A stretch of 64,000 bases of DNA. It comes from Octopus vulgaris (lineage: Eukaryota). Position numbers and translations under genes: made by a program. Of this stretch, positions 12,501-24,900 are shown one piece after another (the first letter of the stretch is position 1; every line of letters starts with the position of its first letter). The DNA lies in contig OX597833.1 of NCBI GenBank assembly GCA_951406725.2, positions 8,432,001-8,496,000 on the forward strand. The letters run 5' to 3'. The notes beneath the pieces are model-generated. The model saw only the letters and a program-made list of their open reading frames with translations, had not been told where the DNA came from and did not search any database.

Positions 12501-15500
12501 GTCAAGAGTTTTATTGTGCAACAACATAATTTCAGGTTCAATTCCACTGAATGATACCTTGAGCAAGTGCCTTTTTACTATAGCCTCGGGATGGCTGACA
12601 TCATGTAAGCGAATTTCGGAAAATGGAAGCGGGCATGGCTGTGTGGTTAGGGAGCTTGCTTCCTAGCTACATGGTTCCGGGTTCAGTCCCACTGCGTGGC
12701 ACTCTGGGTAGGTGTCTTCTACTATAGCCCCGAGCCAACCGAAGCTTTGTGATTGAATTCGGTAGGTGGAAGTTACTGCCGTGTGTGTATGTGTGCGTAT
12801 AGCTGCTTAGTGCCTCTCCAAAAGAGAGAGAGGGAAACTGTACAGAAGCCCTTCACATACATACTTGTGCATGTATTTGTCTACACATATCTTTGAATAC
12901 CTATTTCTTTACTATCCACAAGCCGGTTAGAAGCGACCCCAGTGCGTAACTGGCCCTTAATTTATTGACCCCGAAAGGATGAAAGGCAAAGTTGACCTCG
13001 GTGGAATTTGAACGAAATACCGCTAAGCATTTCGCCTGACATGCTAACGATTCTGCCAGCTCACCACCTTAATATCTTTGAATACCATTTCAGCAGTAGC
13101 TATGTACAGGGTGTTCAATCTAAATTTGATAGTTTGTGTAAAAGGAAAAGAAAATACAACATCCCATCCAGAAATGGATGTATTTTTAAATCTCAGAAAA
13201 TTATGGTTGGAAGATAAGAGTAATTGCACTCAGCTTCTGCCATGGCCTCAAGAAGGCTCTGGAAGCTGGCACACTCATTCCTCATTATGTGCCTAGGGAC
13301 ATCTTTGAACACCTCCTTGACCCTGACCAGCAACTCGGCTTTGGTGTTGCAAGCAGAACAGCTGCTATCTTTCTCAGCTGCACATCCCACATGATAATCC
13401 ATGAGATTTCAATTGGGGGAATTAAGAGGCCAGAAACTGGGGTTGGTGAAGTTATAGAAATTCTCCAACAACCACTTCTGACTTTTTTCCAGAGGTACAG
13501 CAAAGAACCAAATCCTGCTGTCGCATACAATGTCTGATCAATAAGTATCCGGACTGTTGCCATAGTAACACAGCTAAAGCACATAGAGTGAAGCCACCTG
13601 GCAAAGATTGACCTTCAACTCAGCTGTGCATGTGCACTAAGCTTCTACATTCTAGTTCACTTCTGCTGTTTACAGCAGTGCTTGGAAGAAAGGGGTGTAG
13701 CGTGTGATTGGCGCATTGACCTTGACAGAGAAAGTTGTCATGGCAAAACTGGCTCAGAGGCCTATTCAAGGTTGCAGAAAGTATATGGAAAGGAGTGTAT
13801 GAGTCACACACAAGTGTACGAGTGGTTCAGATGTTTCTAAGATGGCCAAAAAAATGTTGATATTGACGAACGTTCTGGGAGACCCGCAACCAGCAGAACT
13901 GAAAAAAACATCACAGATGTATGTGCAACTTTGAGGGGAAATCGTTGAATCTCCATCCGTGAGTTATCAGAGGATGTGCGGATTAGTTCCAGTTCAGTTT
14001 AGTCCATTATCACTGAAGATTTGGGTATGAGATGTGTCTCTGCCAAATTTGTGCCAAAACTGCTTTCAGCTGACCCAAACGACGCTGGGGTTTCAGTTGC
14101 ATAAGATCTCTTTGTGTTGAGAATCATGAAAATATTTTTGAAAACTTTGCATAGGCCTCTGAGCAGGTACCACCAAGCTTTTGGCAAAATTTGATGCAGA
14201 TTCTCTGCTCAACTTTCTCTGTCATGATCATATGCTACACCCCTTCCTTCCAAGCACTGCTGTAAACAGCAGAAGTGAGCTAGAACGTTAAAACTTAGTG
14301 CACATGCATAGCAGAGTTCAAGGTCAATTTGTGCCAAGTGGCTTCACTCTGCATGCTTTAACTTCATTACTATGGCAACTTTCCAGATACTTATTGATCA
14401 GACCACATATATCACATTCCATGAACAACCCTGTCCAGCCAGGAGTTGATCACAATCTCCAGCGGTTTCCCATAGCCATCTGAGCCTAAGGTCCTGTTCA
14501 AATATGTGAGGTGGCATGCTGTGGGAACATGTCCAAAGACCATCACCTTCCTGCTGGCCATGGCTTTGTAGTCTCTGTTGCAGCTGTCCATCTCACCTCT
14601 TACAGTGTTCACAGAACATTGGGCAGCAGTCATGATGCTGGCATTTTGATTCCTGGTGCCAACCATCAGGATACAAGGAACTCTGTCCCAATATTCAGAT
14701 GTCTTCCAGTCCTCCTCATCAACTGACTTTTTCTCAACTACAATTTTAATCTTCATGCTCTCCAACGCTGTTAACTCTTCAGCAATACATCAAGCTGTTT
14801 CTGGGAAAGGGAGACATTAAAAAATTTTCAAATTTAGGCAGAACATCCTGTATATGTCTCCCATAAATAAACTACCCAGCAGGCGTTCAACATGTGAAGG
14901 CTGAGAATAGAAAAAAACTGTAACTGAAATAAAAGTGTTGAGGTCAGGAAGAGGGTCTGGGTCTCGAATATTGTCTGACAAAGTTTGCTTTGGTCAGTGC
15001 CAGTGTGGACGAAGAAAAGGTAAAAAATGATGACAATGACATCTGTGTGTGTGTGTGTGTGTGTCAAAATGTATAGCTTTGTCCTGAATATGCAAGTTTA
15101 AAGAACGGCAAAAATGTTCCTTTAGTTGAGTTATAGTGTCGAGTGAGGTGGAAAGAGAGAAAGAAGTACTAGATGGTGGGGGGGAGGTAAAAGAAAGAGC
15201 ATATTAGAGAAAGGACCCTTTAAATTAGTCTACAGTTTATTTTGAATTTAAAGATGTTCAAAAGGTTGTATAAATTTGATTCAGTTGGAATTACTTTTTA
15301 AGATGTGTGTGGTAGTGGTGGTGGAGTGAGCAGCAAGTTGGCTGGAGCGGTGGAGCAGCAGAGAAAATGTCTTGTCTTGGTTCACTTGGCTGTTAGTAAT
15401 CTGTAAGAGATCATCTGGAAATGTTAGTTGTGCTAGACTGACATTCTGCTGTCCCATTTACTGAGACAGATACAAAACACAATCCACTGGAATCGTTGTA

Positions 15501-15947
15501 ATTCTGCCATAAATATAATGGATTATTTTCTAGAATGTAGAAAAGCAATTGTATTGTTTTCACCAGTCCAGCTTGGAATTTAAAATAAAATTGAATTTAT
15601 CCAAAACAGAAGAGGAAATCAATATCTGTCTGTCTTTATGTATGTGTGTGTGTGTATATATATATCATCATCATCATGTAACGTCTGCTTTCCATGCTAG
15701 CATGGGTTGGACGATTTGACTGAGGTCTGGTGAACCAGATGGCTGCGCCAGGCTCCAATCTGATCTGGCAGAGTTTCTACAGCTGGATGCCCTTCCTAAC
15801 GCCAACCACTCCAAAGTGTAGTGGGTGCTTTTATGTGCCATTGGCATGAGGGCCAGTCTGGTGGTACTGTCAACGGCCACGCTCAAAATGGTGTTTTTTA
15901 CGTGCCACCTGCACAAGAGCCACTCCAGCAGCACTGGCAACAACTCC

Positions 15948-15986
<39 letters not shown>

Positions 15987-18900
15987 AAGAGAGTAATTGA
16001 ATGAAAATTCAATAAAGCCAACAGGAATTTTCCATTTTCTTTTATTTTTTCTTTTTGGTTCATTTTGAATTTCAGAACTTTTAAAAAACAAATAAGTTAA
16101 AATCTCTCTTTCAATGCAATATTCTCCTCCATTGATGCCTGTCAGAAGTTTGCTTCTCAGTCACATGGTTTTGAGTTTGGTCCCTCCGTGTGGCACCTTT
16201 GGCCTGTGTCTTCGACTATAGCCTTGGGCTAACCAAAGTGCCTTGTCAGTGGATTACCATAGGCAGTAACTGAAAGAAGTCCATTGTGTGTGTGTGTGTG
16301 TGTATAAAGACACATATATACACACGCATGCATATATACATATATGTATGTCTGTGAGTGTCACTGTCATATAAGCAGTGTCATTCATTTCCAGTATTCT
16401 CTAAAAACATGTCTGGCCATAGGAAAATATTACATTGCTTGGAAATAAACAGAAATTGGCTGCAGGGAAGCATGGACGCAGGGGAAAATAGATGCTGAAA
16501 TGACAGTGATGATACCCGATAAAGTTAGTCCACAGCGTATCCTACACCAGCTCCACATAACCAGCCCCAGCCCATTCAAAGTACTTTGGATCGTAGGATG
16601 ACCTACTGTGCTTACCTTGGATCATAGGGTGACCTGCTGTGCTTGAGGAGACTTATTGAGTCAAGTACATCAACATCAAAGTAAAAATCAAATGGAAATT
16701 GTAGTTGTGATACCTGTGCTGGTGGCACGTAAAAAGCACCATACAAACGTGGCCGATGCCAGCGCCACCTTGACTGGCTCCATGCTGGTGGCACGTAAAA
16801 AGCACCAACCAATTGGTGCCATTGCCAGCCTCCACTGGCACCTGTGCAGGTGGCACGTAAAAAGCACCCACTACACTCTCAGAGTGGTTGGCGTTAGGAA
16901 GGGCATCCAGCTGTAGAAACACTGCCAGATCAGACTGGAGCTTGGTGCAGCCTCCTAGCTTCCCAAACCCCGGTCAAACTGTCCAACCCATGCTAGCATG
17001 GAAAACGGACATTAAATGATGATGATGATGATGTGTGTGTGTGTATGTTTTGCAAGTTAATATGGGATCCTTTGATGGCAATGGAAACTTCATTTGATTA
17101 AGGTATCTTTGGCCCAATGAGTAGCTCAGGGATTACCCCTTGTTTGGGTAATTACTACTTCCGAATTTCCTTTAGCTATAAAACATATGTAGCATGGATT
17201 TCATCAACTCCATTCTCTAATTTTGGATTTTTATTCTCATACACAGCAACCCCAGCTGTTAACCGTAGATGATAAAATAAGTTTTTCAGCTTATCGAACT
17301 TGGATATACGAAAAACTTTAAACTACCATTTGTTCTTGAAAGCTGTTTTTTATATCTTCTACAGCATGCTCGAAGCTTACTAACTTCCTACACCTTGATC
17401 CTTGAATCTTACCTTTATATTATATATATATATATATATATCCTTAAATCCTTAAAAATGTTTCAACCTGAAAGCTGGGGCCCCACCATTGACTGTGCTA
17501 CACCAGTATGTGAAACCACCTCTGATACGTGGCACTTGGTGAACAAGGGAGTTCGATGTCACTGCCTGCGTCTGTGTTTCCTGCCGAGAGGTAGGTTCAT
17601 CTGGAACCCCTGACAAGGAGAGATCAAGTTTAGTTTTAATGAAACCCACATCCACCCCATACAGGTTTCTCAGGCATTTAGGAAGGATATTGAAGAGCTG
17701 CGGTCCCCTGAAACCCAAGCTGTTGCAGTATCTGGTCCTGTATTTTGATGGTGATGTTGGGATCTTTGGCACCATGCAGTGGTGCCCCGTTCTGCTGTTG
17801 GAGTAACTTTCAATGCCAAAATTTGGGACAAGACCCTCCAGAATTTTCCAGATGTATATCACTGCATATCTCTCCCACCTTTACTCCAGGGAGAAGAGTT
17901 TTAATACTTTCAGTCTTTCCCAGTAGTTGATATGTTGCATTGAGACGATCTTCTTTGTGTAGCTTTGTTGGATTGCTTCGAGTTCTGCTGTTAACTTTAT
18001 ATTGTGTGGTGACCACAGTTGGGAGCAGTAGTCTAAGCGGCTGAGGACGAATGTCTTCCAAAGGACCATCAGTGTCTCCTTCTCTCTTGTTCTGAAAGTT
18101 TGTAGGATCCATCCAGCTCGCCGTCTGCATTTTATTACCAAATTGGCAGTATGCACTTGGAAAGATGCATCATTGCTCATGTCAATGCCCAGGTCACTCA
18201 CTGATTTTGATATTTTTCACATTATCTGAATTTATTATTTATTTCTATGTTGTAATTGTGTATTATTACTTGGTTAGAGAATATTATAAAGGTGAAAGGA
18301 TTTTGTCTACCCATGCTAGCATGGAAAGCGGACGTTAAATGATGATGATGATGATTTCAAATGTCCACCTGCAACTGTCATTAAATTGACTAGGGACACT
18401 GAACGCAATGACTATCCAATACCAAACAATCTTAATCTCCATATTTAAACTGCATTAAACTTTGGGAAGCTTACCTCTACCTAGTCTGGGTTACTCATAT
18501 ATCTCATCTCATATATATGAGAAGGGCAGCAATCTTTTTTGTGCATGGCACAAAAAATTGTCCAGCAGCTGACCTGGCTACAAATACAAAGCTGGAACTA
18601 TACCTACCACCACACAAGGCCACCACCAACAGATGCAGGATGGCCACCACAAACACCAACACACACGTCACAAAAATATTTCTACTGAACATAGGAGGGC
18701 TGCTGCACGGTAACTGTAAAAGGAAAATCTCATTCCTGAGAGACCTTGTGACATGCAATCAACCTCTATGCATGGCACTCATAGAAACGCATCTTGGACC
18801 TGATGTAGGGGATGCAGAAATAAATATACCGCAATATGTTGTCATACGCTCAGATAGAAAAGAGAGGAGTCATGATGGAGTTGCAGTGTACATCCGAGAT

Positions 18901-21900
18901 GACCTCACACCCCCGGTCCTGTTGTCATATTCAAAATCAGGGTGTGATACTCAAATTGTACACATAAGACAACTGAATATCGTCATATGTACTACATATC
19001 GCCCACCAGATGCCCCAAATCACTTGGGCATGTTTGAAGACTGCCTAACAAAAATAGGAGAAGTTCTCACCAAACTGATACAACACAACAGTGTATTCTT
19101 CATGGGTGACTTTAACTTCCCCAATGTGGAATGGCCTGGGTGGGGCAGATGCTCCCAGGGATGACACACCATCAGCAAGCACAGGCAGAGTCCCTGCTCC
19201 ACCTCACAAATGCCTCTTTCATGGAGCAAATTGTGCTGCAACCAACCAGGGCAAATAATATACTGGATCTCTGCTTCACAAGCAATATGGACATTTATGA
19301 TAATGTTAAAGTGATGCCGACATTGATCTCGGATCACAACATAATAGAGCTTTTCAACTGCCAATTACCTCAATACATTTGACTAATATAGGCAGAATGA
19401 GATGCTTTTATCTATGGGCTGAAACAGCTGTAAATTATTTTACTAATTTATATTCATGTTTTTTAATAATTACTTCTATCCTATGGCTAGTAGATATACT
19501 ACTAGTCATAGATGAAGTGGACACAAACTCAACTGCTGGTCCTAATGGTTTCCCAGCAATCCTCCTCAAATCGTGTAAGCATGCCCTGGCAAAACCCCTC
19601 CAGATTCTCTTCTAGAGCTTTCTTCTAAATGGCAAACTGCTAAGCAAGCTGAAGGAGGGAATAATATGCCCAATCCATAAAGGGAGAAGTAGAGCAGATG
19701 CCAAAAACTATAGACCTATCTCTCTGAGTTCGCATATCAGGAAAGTCATGGAATGGATTGTCAGAGGGTAACTAATTGCATTCCTTGAAGAAAATAACTT
19801 GCTGACCCAGCATGGTTTTCGACCCGGTAGGAGCTGCCTGACCCAGCTCTTACAACTTTATGACTGGGTGTTGAGGCAGTTACTCAACAAATCAAATGTG
19901 GACGTAATCTACCTTGATTTTGCAAAAGCTTTTGACAAGGTGGATCATGGTATGATATGCCACAAACTACGTGACCTTGGCATAGCTGGAAAACTTGGAG
20001 TGTGGTTGCATGACTTCCTGAAAGATAGGAGTCAGGCAGTAGTGGTTAATGAAGCCACCTCTATGAGCACACAAATAGTGAGCGGTGTTCCACAGGGCAC
20101 TGTCTTGGGACCACTGCTTTTTATAGTGGCCCTCTCAGATATGACCTCAAATGCCCGGATAGCCACTCTGGCAAGCTATGCAGACAATACGAAAGTCTTG
20201 CAGAAAATACAGAACCCCAGCGATGTTGCACACCTGCAGCAGGAGTTGGACTCAATTTACAGATGGGCTAAGGATAATAATATGCAGTTTAATGCTGAAA
20301 GATTCCAGGCCCTGCGCTACCAGCATCTAAAACTGAATATTAAACCTACAGGGTACACCGGTCCACAAGGAATTTCAATCCCAGAGCCTAAGTCAGTGAG
20401 GGACCTGATATGAGTGATGATACCTCTTTCCAAGTGCACATTACCAGGATGGTGACAAAGTGCAGACGACTGGCTGGATGGATCCTAAGAACATTCAGAA
20501 CCAGAGATAAGGAAACCATGATGGTCCTCTGGCGGACATTCATCCTCAGCTGCCTGGATTACTGCTCACAGCTATGGTCACCCACCAGTGAAATTAACAG
20601 CGGACTTTGAAGCAATCCAGAGAAGATCATCTCTTTGCAACAGCTCAGCTACTGGGAAAGGTTGAAACAGCTAAGACTCTATTCCTTGGAGAGAAGACGG
20701 GAGAGGTATGCAGTAATATATGTCTGGAAGATCCTGGAAGGAATTGTGCCAAATGTTGGCATTGTAAGCTACACCAATGCTAGAACGGGACGACACTGCA
20801 TAGTGCCAAAGATCCCAGCAATGCCATCACGCTTCAGGACCAGCTTCTGCAACAGCCTGGGTTTCAAGGGCCCACAGCTTTTTAATATTCTCCCAAAGAG
20901 TCTGAGGAACTTGCAGAAATAAGATGTAGCGGTTTTTAAATCAAAGCTGGACTCTCTTTCTGTCGAGAGTCCCAGATGAGCCTACCTCACGGCAAGAGGT
21001 GCAAATGAGGGTAGCTATATAAAACTCCATTCTTCACCAAGTGCCACATATTAGAGGAGGCTCTTAGTAATAACAGTGTAGCAAAACGGCGGTGCATCAG
21101 CATGGCCACAGCTCTCAGCTGAAACTAGAGAAAAAAAAAATGTGTGTATACATATATATATGTGTGTGTATGTGTATATATGTATATATATATGTGTATA
21201 TATATGTGTGTGTGTATATATATGTATATGTGTGTGTGTGTGAATATATATACATATGTATGTATATTTTGAGAGAACCAAATAAAATATTGAATATTGG
21301 TTGTTGGTTGTTGGAATCTACGGACGCCGCTTGACCACGAGTCCTCTGAATGTCCTGAATGAAGGACTGCACTTGTTGTGAAAGAGCTTCGATGCTATGA
21401 TCTTGACATCGTTGCATTATCTGAGACATGATTAGCTGGAGATGGTCATCTTACAGAATCTTGTGGAAAATATTCTTTCTTTTGGAATGGGAGGAATGAG
21501 GAATTTAGAATAGAGGCTGGAGTGGCATTTGCTGTTAAGACTACTCTTGTGGACAAGTTGGAAGAATTCCCAGTCGGAATTAACGAGCGTCTTATGTCCA
21601 TGAGAATTCCTTTGGCTAAAGGAAATTATATGACCTTGGTGAGTGTGTATGCTCCAACAATGTGCTATACTGATGACAAAAAACTTTCTTTCTACCATGC
21701 TTTGAAGGGAATTATAAGAAATATCCCTCGGGCAGACAAAGTCATCGTACTTGTTGACTTTAATGCTAGAGTGGGTAGGGATTTTAACACATGGACTGTA
21801 ACTGGAAAGCATGGGGTGGGGAAGTGTAATACTAATGGCATGCTTTTGCTGCAGATGTGTGAGGAGCTGAGTTTGTGTGTTACCAATACCATGTTTCAAC

Positions 21901-24900
21901 AAAAGAATAAGCTTAAGACTACATGGATGCACCCTGCATCTAAAGAATGGCATATTCTGGATTACATCCTTGTTAGGATGCGTGACAGACAAGATGTGCA
22001 GTGTGTTCGTGTTCTTCGTGGAGCTGAGTGTTGGACTGACCACCGCCAAGTACGTGCAAGAGTGAAATTAGTCACAAAGCATAAAATCCGAGCTGCAGGG
22101 ATTACCCTGCCTAAAAGACTGAATGTTGATCGTCTTAGGTGTAATAGTGTGAAGAGAACTTTACGAGAGGAAATGAATGCTGCAGATATTGGGGAGGATT
22201 GGTTGTCCCTTAAAAAGTCAGTTTATGATATAGGCAAGAAAGTTCTGGGATTTATACAAAGAAAGCATCAAGATTGGTTCAAGGAAAATGAACATATAGA
22301 TGATTTATTGGCTGATAAAAGACGTACTTTGTCACACTATTTGTCAGCAAAGCCACAGGAGGGGGATGTGTTGCATAGGGAACTCAAAGATGTGAAATCA
22401 CGTATGAGGCGGAGGCTTTCTCAGATGAGGGATACATGGTGGAGTAAGAAGGCTGATGAGATACAGGCGGCATCAGATTCCAATAACACAAAGCTGTAGT
22501 ATGGTCTCTTGCGAGAAGTTTATGGAACGACGTCTTCCCTGATGACATCACTTCAAAGCAGGGATGGTAAAGAACTTCTTCATGATTCACAAGGGATTCT
22601 GAAAAGGTGGCGAGAACACTTTGATGAACATTTGAATCAGCAGTCTGTAATTAGTAAGGATGCTCTCAGTCTCATCCCTGGATTACCTGTGAAGGTGGCT
22701 CTCGCAGAACCACCAGAGTTGGAAGAAGTTACAGTGGTTGTCTCAAGGATGAATAATGGGAAGTCTCCGGGTATGAATGGCATACATGCAGAGTTGTTAC
22801 AGCATGGTGGTGAGAAACTTCTGCAGCAACTTCACTCTTTGTTTGGTAAGATATGGACTAGTGAATCTGTACCTGAGGACTGGAAAGATACAGTAATGGT
22901 GGTCTTGTATAAGGGAAAGGGCAACAGGAATGATTGTGGTAACTATAGGAGAGTATCATTGCTGTCTGTCGTAGGAAAGGTTTTATGCAGGATACTTCTG
23001 GATTGTCTGCTGAAACATGTTGCAGATTGTGTTCTTCCAGAAAGTCAATCTGGTTTCTGTGTAGGATGCAGCACTACTGATGTGATCTTTTCGGCTAGAC
23101 AGCTTCAGGAGAAGTGTGTGGAACAGGGTCTGGATTTGTATCAGGTTGTTGTCGATCTGACAAAAGATATTAATAGAAATGCACTGTGGAAAGTCCTCCA
23201 GAAACTTGGGTGTCCTGAAAAGTTCCTTGCTTTGGTTAGGTCTTTTCATGAAGATATGAAGTGTAGGGTTAATGTTAGAGGGACAATGTCGGAGCCTATC
23301 TCAATACAAAATGGAGTGAAACGGGGGGATATTTTGGCACCGGCCCTATTTTCCATATATATTGCCATGGTTTTCTGTATTGCATTCAGAAGCTGCAGAT
23401 ATGGTGTTTACATCCATTATCGAACCTCTGGCAGCATATTTAATATCAGGCGCTTTGCTGCGAAAACAAAGGTATTTATCTCTATCATGAGACCTTTTGT
23501 ATGCTGATGATTGTGATCTAGTAGCACACACAGAGATTGATATGCAACACATTTTTAATGCATTCTCTGATGCTTGCACTGCCTTAGGATTGACAGACAA
23601 TCTCAAGAAAACTGTTGTCATGCATCAACCTGCCCCTGGTAAGCAGTATAGTGTACCAAATATCTATGTGAATGGTAAACGACTTGATGTAGTTGATCAG
23701 TTTGTCTACCTGCGAAGCACTAATAGATATAGCAATTTGGATGATGAAATTCCATACAGAATTAGAAAGCAAGTGATGCTTTTGGGAGGCTAGAAAGGCG
23801 CTTCTGGAGTCGGCAAGACATATGCAGAAAGACAAAGATAAAGGTGTACAAGGCATGTGTGCTCTTTTCTCTTCTTTATGCCTACGAGACGTGGGTTACA
23901 TATCAATACCTTAAACAACTGGAACGTTTCTATCAGATGTGGCATTAAGTGGGAGGACCGCATCAGTGACCTTGAAATATTAGAAAGCTCTTGGTGTGAA
24001 AGTATAGAAGCTCTTGTGTTAAAGCAAAGGCTCAGATGGAGTGGTCGTCTGGTCTGGATGAAAGATTCAAGAGCAACTCTTTTATTTCTCTCAGGGTGCT
24101 TATACTCTGTTGTGTGTGCACACTGACATTACACATCCAGCAGATTATGCTAGCTTCATTTCTTTTGAGCCTACGCATGTCTTCAGCAGTCTTGGCCCAT
24201 GGTTCACTGCCATGAAGCATGGCAGTTCGCACACATGCATCATACAATCTACCTTTCACTCTGTATGAGAGGCCCTTTGTCACCAGTAGGGGTAAAAGCT
24301 TTCTGAACTTTGCCCAGGCTATTCTTATTCTAGTGGTAACACTCTTTGAGCATCCACCCCACTCTACAGACTTGGTCACCTAGGTAGCAGAAGTTATCAA
24401 CTACTTCTGGTTTCTCCTCCTAGCATGTGATGGAGTCTATTTTCTGAATATCAATGGTGTCTATTGCCCCTGTGCATCTGCTGCACGTGAAAGCTATCTT
24501 CCCGGTTAATCTTCTTTTGATGTTGCTGCACCTCTTTGGTTTTTGTAACATTGACTCTAAGGTCCTTCGATTCTAAACCTTGCTTCCACACTTGAAGTTT
24601 CTTCTAGTTCTGGTAGTGATTCTGCTATGAGGGCCAGGTCATCAGCATAGAGGAGCTCCCAGGGGCAAGCTGTCTTGAATTCCTCTGCTATTGCCTGGAG
24701 GACTATGATGTATTTGGTAATTAATTAGTGATGTCACAATAAATGTAATTCATACATACAATTTATAAATGCAGTGTATATAATCCTACTAAACACATCC
24801 TCAGATGGGGTCAAAATGCACACACACACGCATGTGTGTATAAACATACACATTGCTGTTGAGAGTGTAGAATAATTACTCCTCCTTTCCTGGCAGTTGC

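Noticed and set aside
16590-17032. GGTGGCACGTAAAAAGCACC repeats with variable spacers as a novel array
   Set aside because: They are the 3'UTR of an RTE LINE, seen contiguous with RT sequence at 50370-51386 and in many dispersed copies.
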